Shown here in pieces: positions 37,243-46,374 of a stretch of 64,000 nt of DNA. The stretch is from Desulfobacterales bacterium (GTDB taxonomy: Bacteria > Desulfobacterota > Desulfobacteria > Desulfobacterales > UBA2245). The stretch lies in assembly GCA_040771865.1 (NCBI GenBank), contig JAXGZF010000006.1:310001-374000 (forward strand), given 5' to 3'. The translations under genes and the position numbers were made by a program. Every line of letters starts with the position of its first letter. Within the stretch, counting starts at the first letter, position 1. The notes under the pieces were generated by a model. The model saw only the letters and a list, made by a program, of their open reading frames with translations, had not been told where the DNA came from and made no database searches.

Positions 37243-37435
37243 CGCCAAAGATTTTTATCCTAAAATAGATTGAGTTTACCGGTCAACAAATCTTTTCGAA
37301 ATCCACCGCCTTGTTTGAAAACACATGAATCAACCTGGTGCACAAAAAGAAAACGGCCGCCTGAATTTAGATTCGGTCGACCGTCGTGTTTACCGGAGTT
37401 TACCGGACAGAATATTTTATCAGGATTCTGAGCAA

Positions 37436-37939
37436 TTATCGATTACGGGGAATTTCAATGCGAATCATGTCGCCCTTGATCCTGGCCCGTATTCTTCTTT
37501 TGCGGGCCGAATCGGGAATAAAGAAAACCTTTCTGAAACACCGATAACAGCTACCATCGACAAACCCGTGGGGCGAAATCATATCGGCGGCCATTGAGCG
37601 CTCACCTTCAACGGTCAATCGATTACCCCGAACCCCGACATAAATGCTTTCCTTTCTCACTCCTGGGATGTGAGCGCAAATGACAATCGCTCCATGATAC
37701 TCAAAAACCTCTTCGGACTTTTCAAACGCCATGATTCCAGCATCATTCATCGTTTTGAGCGATTTCCAGCCGCAGAGCAGCTCCTCCTCATTTGCATCCT
37801 GCAGAAGTGGCTTCCATCCGTAAAGCGTCAATTTATTGTATCTTTCGATGTCCCCATAAAATGCTTCGGTAAAAGTTCGTTTCAGCCTGTCCTCGTATGA
37901 ACCCTCGGAATTGAGAATATCCCACCGCACATGCGCCAT
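37436..37939 (-). CDS. Hsp20/alpha-crystallin family protein
   Basis: AHIPGVRKESI.V.V.GNRLTVEGER...FRKVF.IP...IRARIKG...IEIP; SD GGAGG before ATG 37939. Confidence 0.8.
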   Translation of the reverse strand: MAHVRWDILNSEGSYEDRLKRTFTEAFYGDIERYNKLTLYGWKPLLQDANEEELLCGWKSLKTMNDAGIMAFEKSEEVFEYHGAIVICAHIPGVRKESIYVGVRGNRLTVEGERSMAADMISPHGFVDGSCYRCFRKVFFIPDSARKRRIRARIKGDMIRIEIPRNR

Positions 37940-37991
37940 ATTCACCTCCCATTTTTCCCATTAATGGTTCAACAGGTTTCGTCAATGATCA

Positions 37992-38008
37992 AGCAAAGCG
38001 CATGCCAG
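37992..38008 (-). promoter_or_regulatory. Sigma54 (-24/-12) promoter candidate for the Hsp20 gene
   Basis: CTGGCATGCGCTTTGCT on the minus strand; GG-N10-GC spacing correct. Confidence 0.65.
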
Positions 38009-38159
38009 ATACCGATCGGATTTTAGTGCCATTTCCGAACGCCTGGATGCACATCATGACGCGTTATCCAGAACATCAGGCTTTTCCTCTGTTTTATTCC
38101 GAAGTGAGACCTCAGATAATGAAAGCGTTTGAAAAACAGTTCACTTGTTTTGAACGGGG

Positions 38160-39614
38160 TTATTTGCCGTATGATTCCAGCAAGGTCGCCAGGAATCGCC
38201 ACACCTTTTCGACTGAGGGAATGAAGAGTCTTTCCGAAGGCGAATGGGGGCATTTCATGGTGGGGCCAATGGAAATCATGTCCATGCCGGTAAATTTGGC
38301 GCCGATGATGCCGCATTCCAATCCGGCGTGAATCTCCTCGATCCGGGGCGGTTGGAAAAAGACTTCCTGATAGACAGCCTTGCTTCGAGCCAGAAGCGCC
38401 GATTGCATATTCGGTTGCCAGGAAGGGTAACCGTTTCCGTTCTGGACCCTCCCGCCGGCAAGAAAGGCGATCGCTTCAATTTTGCGGGTCAGCGCATCGC
38501 GCAGAGACATGACGGAGCTTCTCTGGCTTGTGACCGCAACCAGTTCATCGCTATTCAGTTCGACCACTGCCAGATTGTTGGAGGTCTCAACGATTCCGGG
38601 ATCTGATGTCGATCTGCGGGCTACGCCGTGCGGCAGGGCAAGCAGAAAGGCGATCACGCGGTCGGTTGCGTCCGGAGTCAGAGGGTAATTTCCGGGTTGG
38701 CCGTCGTTATGAAAATCGATGATGATTCGTAGATCGGGTTCTTCAGCGGCATGCTCGTTTTTGACGGTTTCGGCGAAGGCAGTGATGCATTCCTGAAGAC
38801 GGCCCGAATCCGCGCGTGAACAGGCCAGCACAGCCTGGCAATCCCGTGGAATCGCGTTATGGGCCTTTCCTCCCTTTAAGGAGATCAGTTCAATCTGAAC
38901 GTGTTCCCGGCATGCGGCCAATGCCCTGACGGTCAGCGAAACGGCATTTGCCCGCTGGCGGTGAATATCGATGCCTGAATGTCCGCCCTTCAACCCCCTA
39001 ACGCGGATAATTCCGTACAGGGGGTCGTTTGTCGCCGTTTTTTCTCTCTGGACCGGAATACGGATTTTTGTGTCCATCCCTCCGGCGCATCCCACGGTGA
39101 ATACGCCCTCGTCCTCCGAGTCCAGGTTGATGAGAATGCGACCCTGAATCATTTCAGAAGAGAGCCGCTGGGCCCCCGTCAGCCCGGTTTCCTCGTCCAC
39201 GGTGAAAAGCAGCTCCAGGGGAGGGTGCCGGAGGTCTGCATCGGCGGCCAGCGCCAAAGCGATTGCCATGCCGATGCCGTTGTCGGCGCCCAGAGTCGTC
39301 CGGTCAGCTTTCAGCCAGTCTCCGTCGTATATCAGACGGATGGGATCCGTGGTAAAATCATGATCTGTTTCCGGAAGTTTTTCGCATACCATGTCCATGT
39401 GACTCTGAAGAACAACACCTGGAAGTGTTTCAAAGCCAGGGGTTGGGGGAATCCGCATGACCACATTTCCGGCCGGATCCGAGACGGTCACAAGACCGCG
39501 GAAACGTCCCCAGTCCTGAATCCATCGGGAAATTCCGGCTTCCTGTTTGGAGCAGCGGGGTATGGCGCTGATCTGTTCAAATAAATTCAGAATCTGCCGG
39601 GTATTCATATCCAT
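38160..39614 (-). CDS. pepD: Aminoacyl-histidine dipeptidase (M20C)
   Basis: LQSHMDMVCEK, TTLGADNGIG, TVDEETG, INLDSEDE, GGHSG, IHAGLECG, HSPSE; ATG 39614 is 6 nt after AAGGAG. Confidence 0.95.
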   Translation of the reverse strand: MDMNTRQILNLFEQISAIPRCSKQEAGISRWIQDWGRFRGLVTVSDPAGNVVMRIPPTPGFETLPGVVLQSHMDMVCEKLPETDHDFTTDPIRLIYDGDWLKADRTTLGADNGIGMAIALALAADADLRHPPLELLFTVDEETGLTGAQRLSSEMIQGRILINLDSEDEGVFTVGCAGGMDTKIRIPVQREKTATNDPLYGIIRVRGLKGGHSGIDIHRQRANAVSLTVRALAACREHVQIELISLKGGKAHNAIPRDCQAVLACSRADSGRLQECITAFAETVKNEHAAEEPDLRIIIDFHNDGQPGNYPLTPDATDRVIAFLLALPHGVARRSTSDPGIVETSNNLAVVELNSDELVAVTSQRSSVMSLRDALTRKIEAIAFLAGGRVQNGNGYPSWQPNMQSALLARSKAVYQEVFFQPPRIEEIHAGLECGIIGAKFTGMDMISIGPTMKCPHSPSERLFIPSVEKVWRFLATLLESYGK

Positions 39615-39630
39615 TCGCATCTCCTTGCGT

Positions 39631-39782
39631 TAACAGGTCGTTGAATTACTGTACCTGAGGCCGCCATGCAGCGTTGTGCGGCTCCCGCTGCAATGCTTAC
39701 ATATGAGAAGTATATTCTGCGCTTGTCGCATCGCCGCGCGCCTTGTCGGTCGACCTGGTTCCTGTTTTTCAACACCCTGTTA
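39631..39782. mobile_element. MITE-like element, most complete copy (C)
   Basis: 152 bp; terminal inverted repeats TAACAGGTCGTTGAA / TTCAACACCCTGTTA (13/15 match); TA ends; no credible ORF. Confidence 0.8.
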
Positions 39783-39818
39783 ATCCCTTGTTGCCAAAGC
39801 AATATACGGTATCCGCCC

Positions 39819-40361
39819 TCAAGGCTGCAGGCCGTATTTTTCCCGGATCTGTTGAATGTTTTCTTCGGTTTTGAGCCGTTCCCTTCGCATCTGACGACGA
39901 ATCCTTCGAATAGCGCCCTCGTAGTCGTATACGCTGGTCCAATAATACAGATGCCGGTTATCCATAAGTCTTTGAAGACGCTGATCGAGAATGGCGAGTT
40001 TTTCTTCAAGTTTTTCCCGTTCAACGGCGATCAGTATTTCAGCTTCCCTGCGTTTCTCTTCCGCGGCCCTCCTTTCCAGTTCCCGCTGTTGCGTCTTTTT
40101 GAATGCCTCCTCTTTTTCCTCGGCCTCACGTTTTTCCCGATACTGTTCAAGTATCCGGTCCTCCTGAAGCATCCGATCTTCGTCGGCCTGTCGGTCATAG
40201 GGCAGGGCATCTTTACTCTGAACATCCCCGGCAGAAACCTCAGGCGGCATATCGCTGAAGTGCCGGACCCCTTGTTCATCGGTCCATTGATATATCTGAG
40301 CCCATGCTGCTGCCGTCCATAAGATCGCGATGCCAAGTCCCATATGCATACGCATTTTCAT
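39819..40361 (-). CDS. DUF4124 domain exported protein with coiled-coil tail
   Basis: Signal peptide then QIYQWTDEQGVRHFSDMPP. Confidence 0.88.
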   Translation of the reverse strand: MKMRMHMGLGIAILWTAAAWAQIYQWTDEQGVRHFSDMPPEVSAGDVQSKDALPYDRQADEDRMLQEDRILEQYREKREAEEKEEAFKKTQQRELERRAAEEKRREAEILIAVEREKLEEKLAILDQRLQRLMDNRHLYYWTSVYDYEGAIRRIRRQMRRERLKTEENIQQIREKYGLQP

Positions 40362-40505
40362 ATGTGCCTCTCGCCCTTTATGCCGGGTGCGGAAAGATCA
40401 TTTATTGTCATCATCATACGCCGAATAAACATGCGATGTCAAAAACCACTCTTCTTGAATCAAACCCCAGACGATTCAGAATTCAGAACCCGTGGAAACG
40501 GACGA

Positions 40506-40534
40506 TTGACAGAAAAAACCGCTTCTGTTAGTTT
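40506..40534 (+). promoter_or_regulatory. Sigma70-type promoter
   Basis: TTGACA-17 nt-TAGTTT. Confidence 0.5.
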
Positions 40535-40647
40535 CCTGAAAATTTGATTTGCATTAAACAGTGGTCAGTCGAATTCTGAATACCTTCCGTCGTTTGTGCG
40601 GGTTTTATCTGAACCAGGTCAGCAGAACAATGATCAGTATGTAATGT

Positions 40648-41217
40648 ATGGAAAAGGATAAAGAACGAACCCAATTATACGGCAGAGATAAAGGCCTGCT
40701 GGACTATCTTCGCAAACCCTACGATCGCTTTCTCAAAATAAAAGGAGATCCACGGGAAATCGCGCTGGGTATGGCGCTGGGACTGTTTGTGGGCATGAGC
40801 CCGTTCATGGGCATTCAGATGGCCGTCGCGGTTTTTCTGGCGGCCATTTTCAAGTGGAACAAAATTTCAGCCGCCATCGGCGTCTGGATATCCAACCCTC
40901 TGACCGCCCCCTTTATCTATCCGCTGACATATCTGGTCGGATCGAAACTCTTTGGTTATCAAAAGCCCTTCAAGCTTCCCGAGGAATTCAATTTTGACTA
41001 CATTCTCATGATTATCCGCAGCACGCCGGATATCCTTTTCATTCTGATCGCCGGCGGCATGGTTGTCGGTCTGCCTCTGGCGGTCGTCGGCTATTATTTT
41101 TCCTATGCGGCCATCACGGAATACCGAAAGAAGATTAAGATCAAACTCAAACTCGGCAGAAAAGCGGACCGGCAGAAGAGCGCCTTCCGAAAACTTCGAA
41201 GAAAACAACGCAAATAA
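40648..41217 (+). CDS. DUF2062 membrane protein
   Basis: PREIALGMALGLFVG..P..G, WISNPLT.PFIY. Confidence 0.9.
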   Translation: MEKDKERTQLYGRDKGLLDYLRKPYDRFLKIKGDPREIALGMALGLFVGMSPFMGIQMAVAVFLAAIFKWNKISAAIGVWISNPLTAPFIYPLTYLVGSKLFGYQKPFKLPEEFNFDYILMIIRSTPDILFILIAGGMVVGLPLAVVGYYFSYAAITEYRKKIKIKLKLGRKADRQKSAFRKLRRKQRK

Positions 41218-41336
41218 ACCTGCTTCAGAACTGTTGCCCTTTTGAAGAGTTAAATTTTTGACAATTTTCCGGTTTTTTGTTACGGAAAAGACAAAATTAA
41301 CTTGAACAGTATTGAGAAATTGAGAAATTCTTTAAA

Positions 41337-41750
41337 ATGCTGGCATACCGTTTCATAATCCGGCCCGTTGACAGGGAGATTCATCAGATCATCAAATTGT
41401 ACCGAAAAGCCGGATGGTGGAAGGAACCGAAGGACGGACCGGATCGATTGCAGCGAATCATAGCCGGAAGCCATTGTTTCCTGACGGTCGAATTCGAAGA
41501 CCAGATCATCGGCATGGGCAGAGCGATCAGCGACCGGGCCAGCGATGCCTATATTCAGGATGTCACGGTGGATCCGGCCTTTCGAGGCCGGGGTATCGGA
41601 ACGCAGATCGTTGCCGGCATCGTTTCCCGTCTAGAAAATGACGGCCTCGCCTGGATCGGTCTGATCGCGGAAAAGAATTCTCACGCCTTTTATGAACAGC
41701 TCGGTTTCAAACCGATGGGCCGTTCTGTTCCGATGTTGCGATTGTCCTGA
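41337..41750 (+). CDS. GNAT acetyltransferase
   Basis: IGMGRAISD, IQDVTVDPAFRGRGIG, FYEQLGF. Confidence 0.92.
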   Translation: MLAYRFIIRPVDREIHQIIKLYRKAGWWKEPKDGPDRLQRIIAGSHCFLTVEFEDQIIGMGRAISDRASDAYIQDVTVDPAFRGRGIGTQIVAGIVSRLENDGLAWIGLIAEKNSHAFYEQLGFKPMGRSVPMLRLS

Positions 41751-42673
41751 TGAATTTTCAAGAAATCAAGGTGGATGACTATTCGCGGCTGAAACCTTTT
41801 TTTGAAAACCAGAAATACCCGCTTTGCGTTTATTCCCTGTCATCGATCATCTGCTGGAGTACGGAAGCGTATCAGCCGTATGGAACGATTCACAACGATT
41901 CGCTGATCGTCTATGCCAATTTTAAGTCCGATCCGGGCAAGCGCTATCTGCTTCTGCCCATATCGGCGACCCGGGAGTTTGATCCCGGGCAACTCGCCGA
42001 ACTGGCCCGGAAAACGGGAATTTTCTCTTTCAGCTTTGTGCCGGAAACCTATGTGCAATATTATGGACAATCTCGAATTCAGGCGCTCTTTAATATCGAG
42101 GCTCAGGAAGAGTTTCATGATTATGTTTTCCTCACAGAGGATCTGGCAAAGCTCAAGGGAAACCGCTATGCCAAGAAAAGAAACCTCATCCGCCAGTTTG
42201 AACGAAATTATCTGGTAAGCCCGGATCGTGTATGCATCGATCCGATTTCCGCGCATACGAAACAGGGCTGTATTGATTTTCTCGAAGAGTGGTGCCGGGA
42301 ACGCAACTGCGATAAGGATCCGAATGAAGATCTCGCCTGTGAGAAACAAGCCCTGATCAATGCACTGAATAACATGGACCGCCTTGAAATGCGCGGAATT
42401 TTACTTCAAATCGACGGAAAGATCTGCGCTATCGCCATTGCCTCCGGTCTGACCGACACGATGGGTCTGCTTCAATTTGAGAAGGCTTTTGCCGGGATCA
42501 AGGGACTCTATCAGTATTTTGACAATCAATGCGCCAGGCGTCTCTTTCCTGAATACGCTTACATCAACAAGGAAAGCGACATGGGGGATTCAGGACTTGC
42601 CAAGGCCAAAAAATCATACCATCCGGTCATGATGATTCATTCATACCGTCTGACGTTGCGCTGTCATTCATAG
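41750..42673 (+). CDS. DUF2156 (aminoacyl-phosphatidylglycerol synthase C-terminal-like) domain protein
   Basis: DYVF...L..LKG....KKRN...F, FEKA....GLYQ, YINKESDMG..GL.KAKKSYHP; TGATG coupling to the GNAT gene. Confidence 0.85.
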   Translation: MNFQEIKVDDYSRLKPFFENQKYPLCVYSLSSIICWSTEAYQPYGTIHNDSLIVYANFKSDPGKRYLLLPISATREFDPGQLAELARKTGIFSFSFVPETYVQYYGQSRIQALFNIEAQEEFHDYVFLTEDLAKLKGNRYAKKRNLIRQFERNYLVSPDRVCIDPISAHTKQGCIDFLEEWCRERNCDKDPNEDLACEKQALINALNNMDRLEMRGILLQIDGKICAIAIASGLTDTMGLLQFEKAFAGIKGLYQYFDNQCARRLFPEYAYINKESDMGDSGLAKAKKSYHPVMMIHSYRLTLRCHS

Positions 42674-42896
42674 AGGGCATGTCCGCCGTCAGGGCAAACA
42701 AAAGCTGGTTCCGGTCGGTCAATAGCCTTCACCGCCTTAACAAAACCGGCGGTGCCGGCGCTGTTCATATAATTCCCGATATGCTTTGCCCATTCGCCTT
42801 GATTTTTAAATATAATAATGGTTATATGTCGTCTTGATAAACGCCGGTAAGCACGTTTGGAGAGGCGTATTTTTCTTGACAAGGAGACAGAATGAC

Positions 42897-44093
42897 ATGC
42901 CGAAGCTGCGCCATGCAATTCTTCTGGTGATGCTGACCGCGTTTTCGGCCTCGTCGCTGATGGCTGAAACCGCTGATTTAAATGCCTGGAATTCCGAAGC
43001 GATTTCAAGGGAATTTGATTATCTTTCGAACTTCATGAATCCGGACACTCCGGAGACCTTTAATCCGGATAAAATTCCGAACATTCTGAACTTTCAATTG
43101 TCCCCTCCGGCTGCACGGAATCATTTCAATCTGGAAAATCGAAACAGTCAGACAGCCGCCTGGCATGTAGTGGAACTTGAAAAGGGTCTGGACCTGATTC
43201 TGCGGTACGCGTTCAATCCGGAAATTCCAAGCCACATCTTTTCGCCGGCCTCGGTTCGATTCTCTGCCTGGAATGAAAGCCTGAGATCCGGTCTGAATTC
43301 CACCCGATTGTGGGAACAGCTGAAAAACCAGGAAGCTCCCGTGGTCATTCGGGGCCAGCAGCAGGTGGGGATTACACCGGATGTGTTTACCGGCGCCTAT
43401 TACACGTATGATGAAGACAAAACCATTATACTGTTCAAACACAACGGTAGAAATGTTCTGATAAATCTTTCCAAACAGAAGGACATTTCCGATGTCGGCA
43501 GAAAGGGTCTTGTCGTCGGCCCGGATGAAGACTGGAATTATTTTTATTCGGGTTTGCCGGGCCTGACCAAACCCGGACTGGGCTGGGTCAAATCCTATAT
43601 GTATGATTCCTTTTCGGTTTCCATTTTCTATGAAACCGATTCCAACCGAGTCACGCTCGGCATTTATAAATGGCTTCGGGCCGGATGGGCCGGCGCCAAT
43701 ATGGTGAAGAGCCGGCATATTCAAAACGGCCTGATTCGATATGCCAGGACTTTTGAAGAGATTATGGAATCTCCAAAGCTTCCGGATCCGATACAACTGG
43801 CCGGAATATCCCAAACATTGGGCGGGCTTTCCGATTCCGAGCTCAGACGCCGTATTGAATCGCATTATAAGATTCTTTACCAGGAGCAGCTTCAGGCGGA
43901 AAATAAATCGCTCAAAGAATTCTCAAATCTGATGGATTCGGATGACTATATCGATCATCTGAGCCGGCAGGAAATTGTGGCCATTCTGACCGTCGAATGC
44001 ATGAAATCCCTGCTGGGCAAAAAAGACATGGATGAATCCGGAATTTTGATCGGACAGAGCCAATCCGTATCAATCGAAAAGAACCGGCCATAG
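42897..44093 (+). CDS. Exported hypothetical protein
   Basis: Long ORF with signal peptide MPKLRHAILLVMLTAFSASSLMA; AAGGAG upstream; family not recognised. Confidence 0.8.
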   Translation: MPKLRHAILLVMLTAFSASSLMAETADLNAWNSEAISREFDYLSNFMNPDTPETFNPDKIPNILNFQLSPPAARNHFNLENRNSQTAAWHVVELEKGLDLILRYAFNPEIPSHIFSPASVRFSAWNESLRSGLNSTRLWEQLKNQEAPVVIRGQQQVGITPDVFTGAYYTYDEDKTIILFKHNGRNVLINLSKQKDISDVGRKGLVVGPDEDWNYFYSGLPGLTKPGLGWVKSYMYDSFSVSIFYETDSNRVTLGIYKWLRAGWAGANMVKSRHIQNGLIRYARTFEEIMESPKLPDPIQLAGISQTLGGLSDSELRRRIESHYKILYQEQLQAENKSLKEFSNLMDSDDYIDHLSRQEIVAILTVECMKSLLGKKDMDESGILIGQSQSVSIEKNRP

Positions 44094-44142
44094 CCCTGTT
44101 CCGTTGAATAAATCCTTGTGCATGCGAAATTCAGAAACCCAC

Positions 44143-44631
44143 ATGATGCCGGTTGTCGTCTTTGCTGGAAAATCCGACTCAGGGAAAACCACCCTGCTTG
44201 AAAAACTCATCGCAGAAATTAAAAATCGCGGTTATCGCATCGGCGTTATCAAGCATACGGCTCACGGTTTTGATATGGATCAGCCGGGTAAGGACAGCTG
44301 GCGCCATCAGAAGGCCGGCGCCGACACGGTTCTGCTGGCTGCTCCGGACAGCCTGGCCATGATCAAGAAACAAGCATCGGCGTCTCTGGATGATCTGCTT
44401 GCGTATTTCGAAGGAATGGATCTGGTCCTAGTTGAAGGATTCAAGCTGGCCGAAAAACCTAAAATAGAAATTTTGCGCGCTGCCAGTAACGCCGTTTCTT
44501 TTTGCCGGGGAGACCGGAATCTTATTGCCCTGGTTACCGATACCGACACCGATCTGGGCGTTCCGCGGTTTGACCTCGACGACATCAGCCGTCTTGCCGA
44601 CTTTCTCGAAGAAAAATTTTTACAGAAATGA
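44143..44631 (+). CDS. mobB: Molybdopterin-guanine dinucleotide biosynthesis protein B
   Basis: GKSDSGKTTL, IKH..HGFDMDQPGKDSWRH..AGA, DLVLVEGFK...PKIE. Confidence 0.93.
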   Translation: MMPVVVFAGKSDSGKTTLLEKLIAEIKNRGYRIGVIKHTAHGFDMDQPGKDSWRHQKAGADTVLLAAPDSLAMIKKQASASLDDLLAYFEGMDLVLVEGFKLAEKPKIEILRAASNAVSFCRGDRNLIALVTDTDTDLGVPRFDLDDISRLADFLEEKFLQK

Positions 44632-44720
44632 TTTTTTGCTGCTTGGACTATATTCACAACCGCAAAAGACGCCGACAATATAGATTTTGAGTCGTCCGAG
44701 CTTCATTCAGGAATTGGCGC

Positions 44721-44888
44721 ATGACAGAATTGGTTTTCATTCTGATTTTACTCGTTGTTTGGCTTGTGCTTCAGGTATGGATTTTACCTGGACTCGGTAT
44801 TTCCACCTGACTCAAAGACGCTTGTCAGTTGACAAGCCAGACTCGGCCTGCCAAAAAATCCGGCGCATCCAAAAAACAGGGTCCGTGA
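44721..44888 (+). CDS. Small single-pass membrane peptide with in-frame TGA (candidate selenoprotein, UxxxxC); 29 aa if TGA is a stop
   Basis: MTELVFILILLVVWLVLQVWILPGLGIST-U-LKDACQLTSQTRPAKKSGASKKQGP; AGGA 8 nt upstream; TGA 44808-44810; not in the ORF track. Confidence 0.65.
44820..44837 (+). promoter_or_regulatory. SECIS-like hairpin
   Basis: GCTTGTC-AGTT-GACAAGC; perfect 7-bp stem; loop contains GU and starts 16 nt after UGA. Confidence 0.6.
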
Positions 44889-45060
44889 TTTCGAACCGAT
44901 TGCGAGAGTCAACTTCAAAACAAGACGCTTTTCCAGAAAGCTCAAGCCCTTCCGGCCCGATGAGCAGCCAATGGCGATTTGATTATGCTTTTGCAAAAGT
45001 TCGGCCCATCTGATAAGCAGCACGTGCAGCAAATAACAAGATATCCGCGGCAAGACTTCC

Positions 45061-46362
45061 ATGGCACAGATTCAAACGCTGATCCTGCTAATGCAATCGT
45101 TGAAGGCACCGCTTCAAACCTGTATGCGTTGCGGCACCTGTCAAACGCTCTGTCCGCTTTTTGCCGTCACTGGCCGTGAACAGGACGTAGCCCGCGGAAA
45201 ACTGGCACTGCTTACCGGCCTGAGCCAGGAAATGTTTCGGAATCCGAAGGGTGTTTTCGATAGGCTCAACCGATGCCTCCTGTGCGGCGCTTGCGCTTGG
45301 GGGTGCCCCAGGGGGGTCGATACCCTTGAAATTTTTTTAAAAGCCCGTGCGATCATCGCCGGTTACATGGGACTGCCCTTCATTCAGAAAGCGCTGTTCA
45401 GGCTGCTTCTGGCCCGACCCGACAACTTGGATAAGGTCTTGAAATGGGTTTCTTTTCTTCAGAACCGGATGCGGTTCGGAAAAAGAGTGCTTCCAGAAAG
45501 GCCGAATCCGGATTTTTTCCCGGCGCTTCAAAATGCGCTGCGAATCCCTCTTTCCGACCGGCCATTTCATGCCCGGATTTCAGCATATTCCAATGCTTCA
45601 GAAACCTCGCCGTTTCGCGTGGCATTTTTTGTCGGGTGTCTGATCGATAAAATTTTTCCGGAAATAGCCGAAGACAGCCTCAAGGTTCTGGCGTACCACG
45701 GGATCTCGGTTCATCTTCCGAATCACCAGGGATGCTGCGGAATGCCGGCCCTGGCCGCAGGCGATCTGGTCGTTTTTGACCGCCTGATGCGCCATCATCT
45801 GAAGCAGTTTGATCCATCCGACTGGGATTATCTCGTCACCTCGTGCGCCACCTGCGCTTCGGCCATCAAAAAGTTCTGGCCCCTGATGACAAAAGACCCG
45901 GACATGAAAAAACAGGTCCTGATGATCGCCGACAAGACCATGGATATCAGCCGGTTTATCGTTCACATTCTCGGTGTTTGCCCGTCGGTGCAGATAACGG
46001 GCCAGCCGCCTTGTCGAATCACCTACCATGACCCGTGTCATTTGAAGAAATCCCTTGGAATCAGCTCCGAACCCAGATCCTTGATCCGCGCCAACCCGGC
46101 CTATGAACTTGTCGAAATGTCCCGGGCGGATGCCTGCTGCGGCTTCGGAGGGGCTTTTTATCTAAAGCACCACGGTCTGTCATCGAGCATCGGAGATGAG
46201 AAAATTGCCCATATTCTTGAAACCGGCGCTTCTGCGGCAGCTACGGGATGTCCGGCGTGCATGATACAGATCGCCGAAAAATCAGCCGCCGCCGGCCGAA
46301 GCATTCGAGTCTGCCATCCGGTTCAGATTTACGCAGAGAGTCTCTTAGCATCAAAACACTGA
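45061..46362 (+). CDS. (Fe-S)-binding CCG-domain protein (GlcF/HdrD-like)
   Basis: CMRCGTC...CP, CLLCGAC...CP, two CCG motifs, YHDPCHL, TGCPAC. Confidence 0.9.
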   Translation: MAQIQTLILLMQSLKAPLQTCMRCGTCQTLCPLFAVTGREQDVARGKLALLTGLSQEMFRNPKGVFDRLNRCLLCGACAWGCPRGVDTLEIFLKARAIIAGYMGLPFIQKALFRLLLARPDNLDKVLKWVSFLQNRMRFGKRVLPERPNPDFFPALQNALRIPLSDRPFHARISAYSNASETSPFRVAFFVGCLIDKIFPEIAEDSLKVLAYHGISVHLPNHQGCCGMPALAAGDLVVFDRLMRHHLKQFDPSDWDYLVTSCATCASAIKKFWPLMTKDPDMKKQVLMIADKTMDISRFIVHILGVCPSVQITGQPPCRITYHDPCHLKKSLGISSEPRSLIRANPAYELVEMSRADACCGFGGAFYLKHHGLSSSIGDEKIAHILETGASAAATGCPACMIQIAEKSAAAGRSIRVCHPVQIYAESLLASKH

Positions 46363-46374
46363 TAGCCAATCAAC

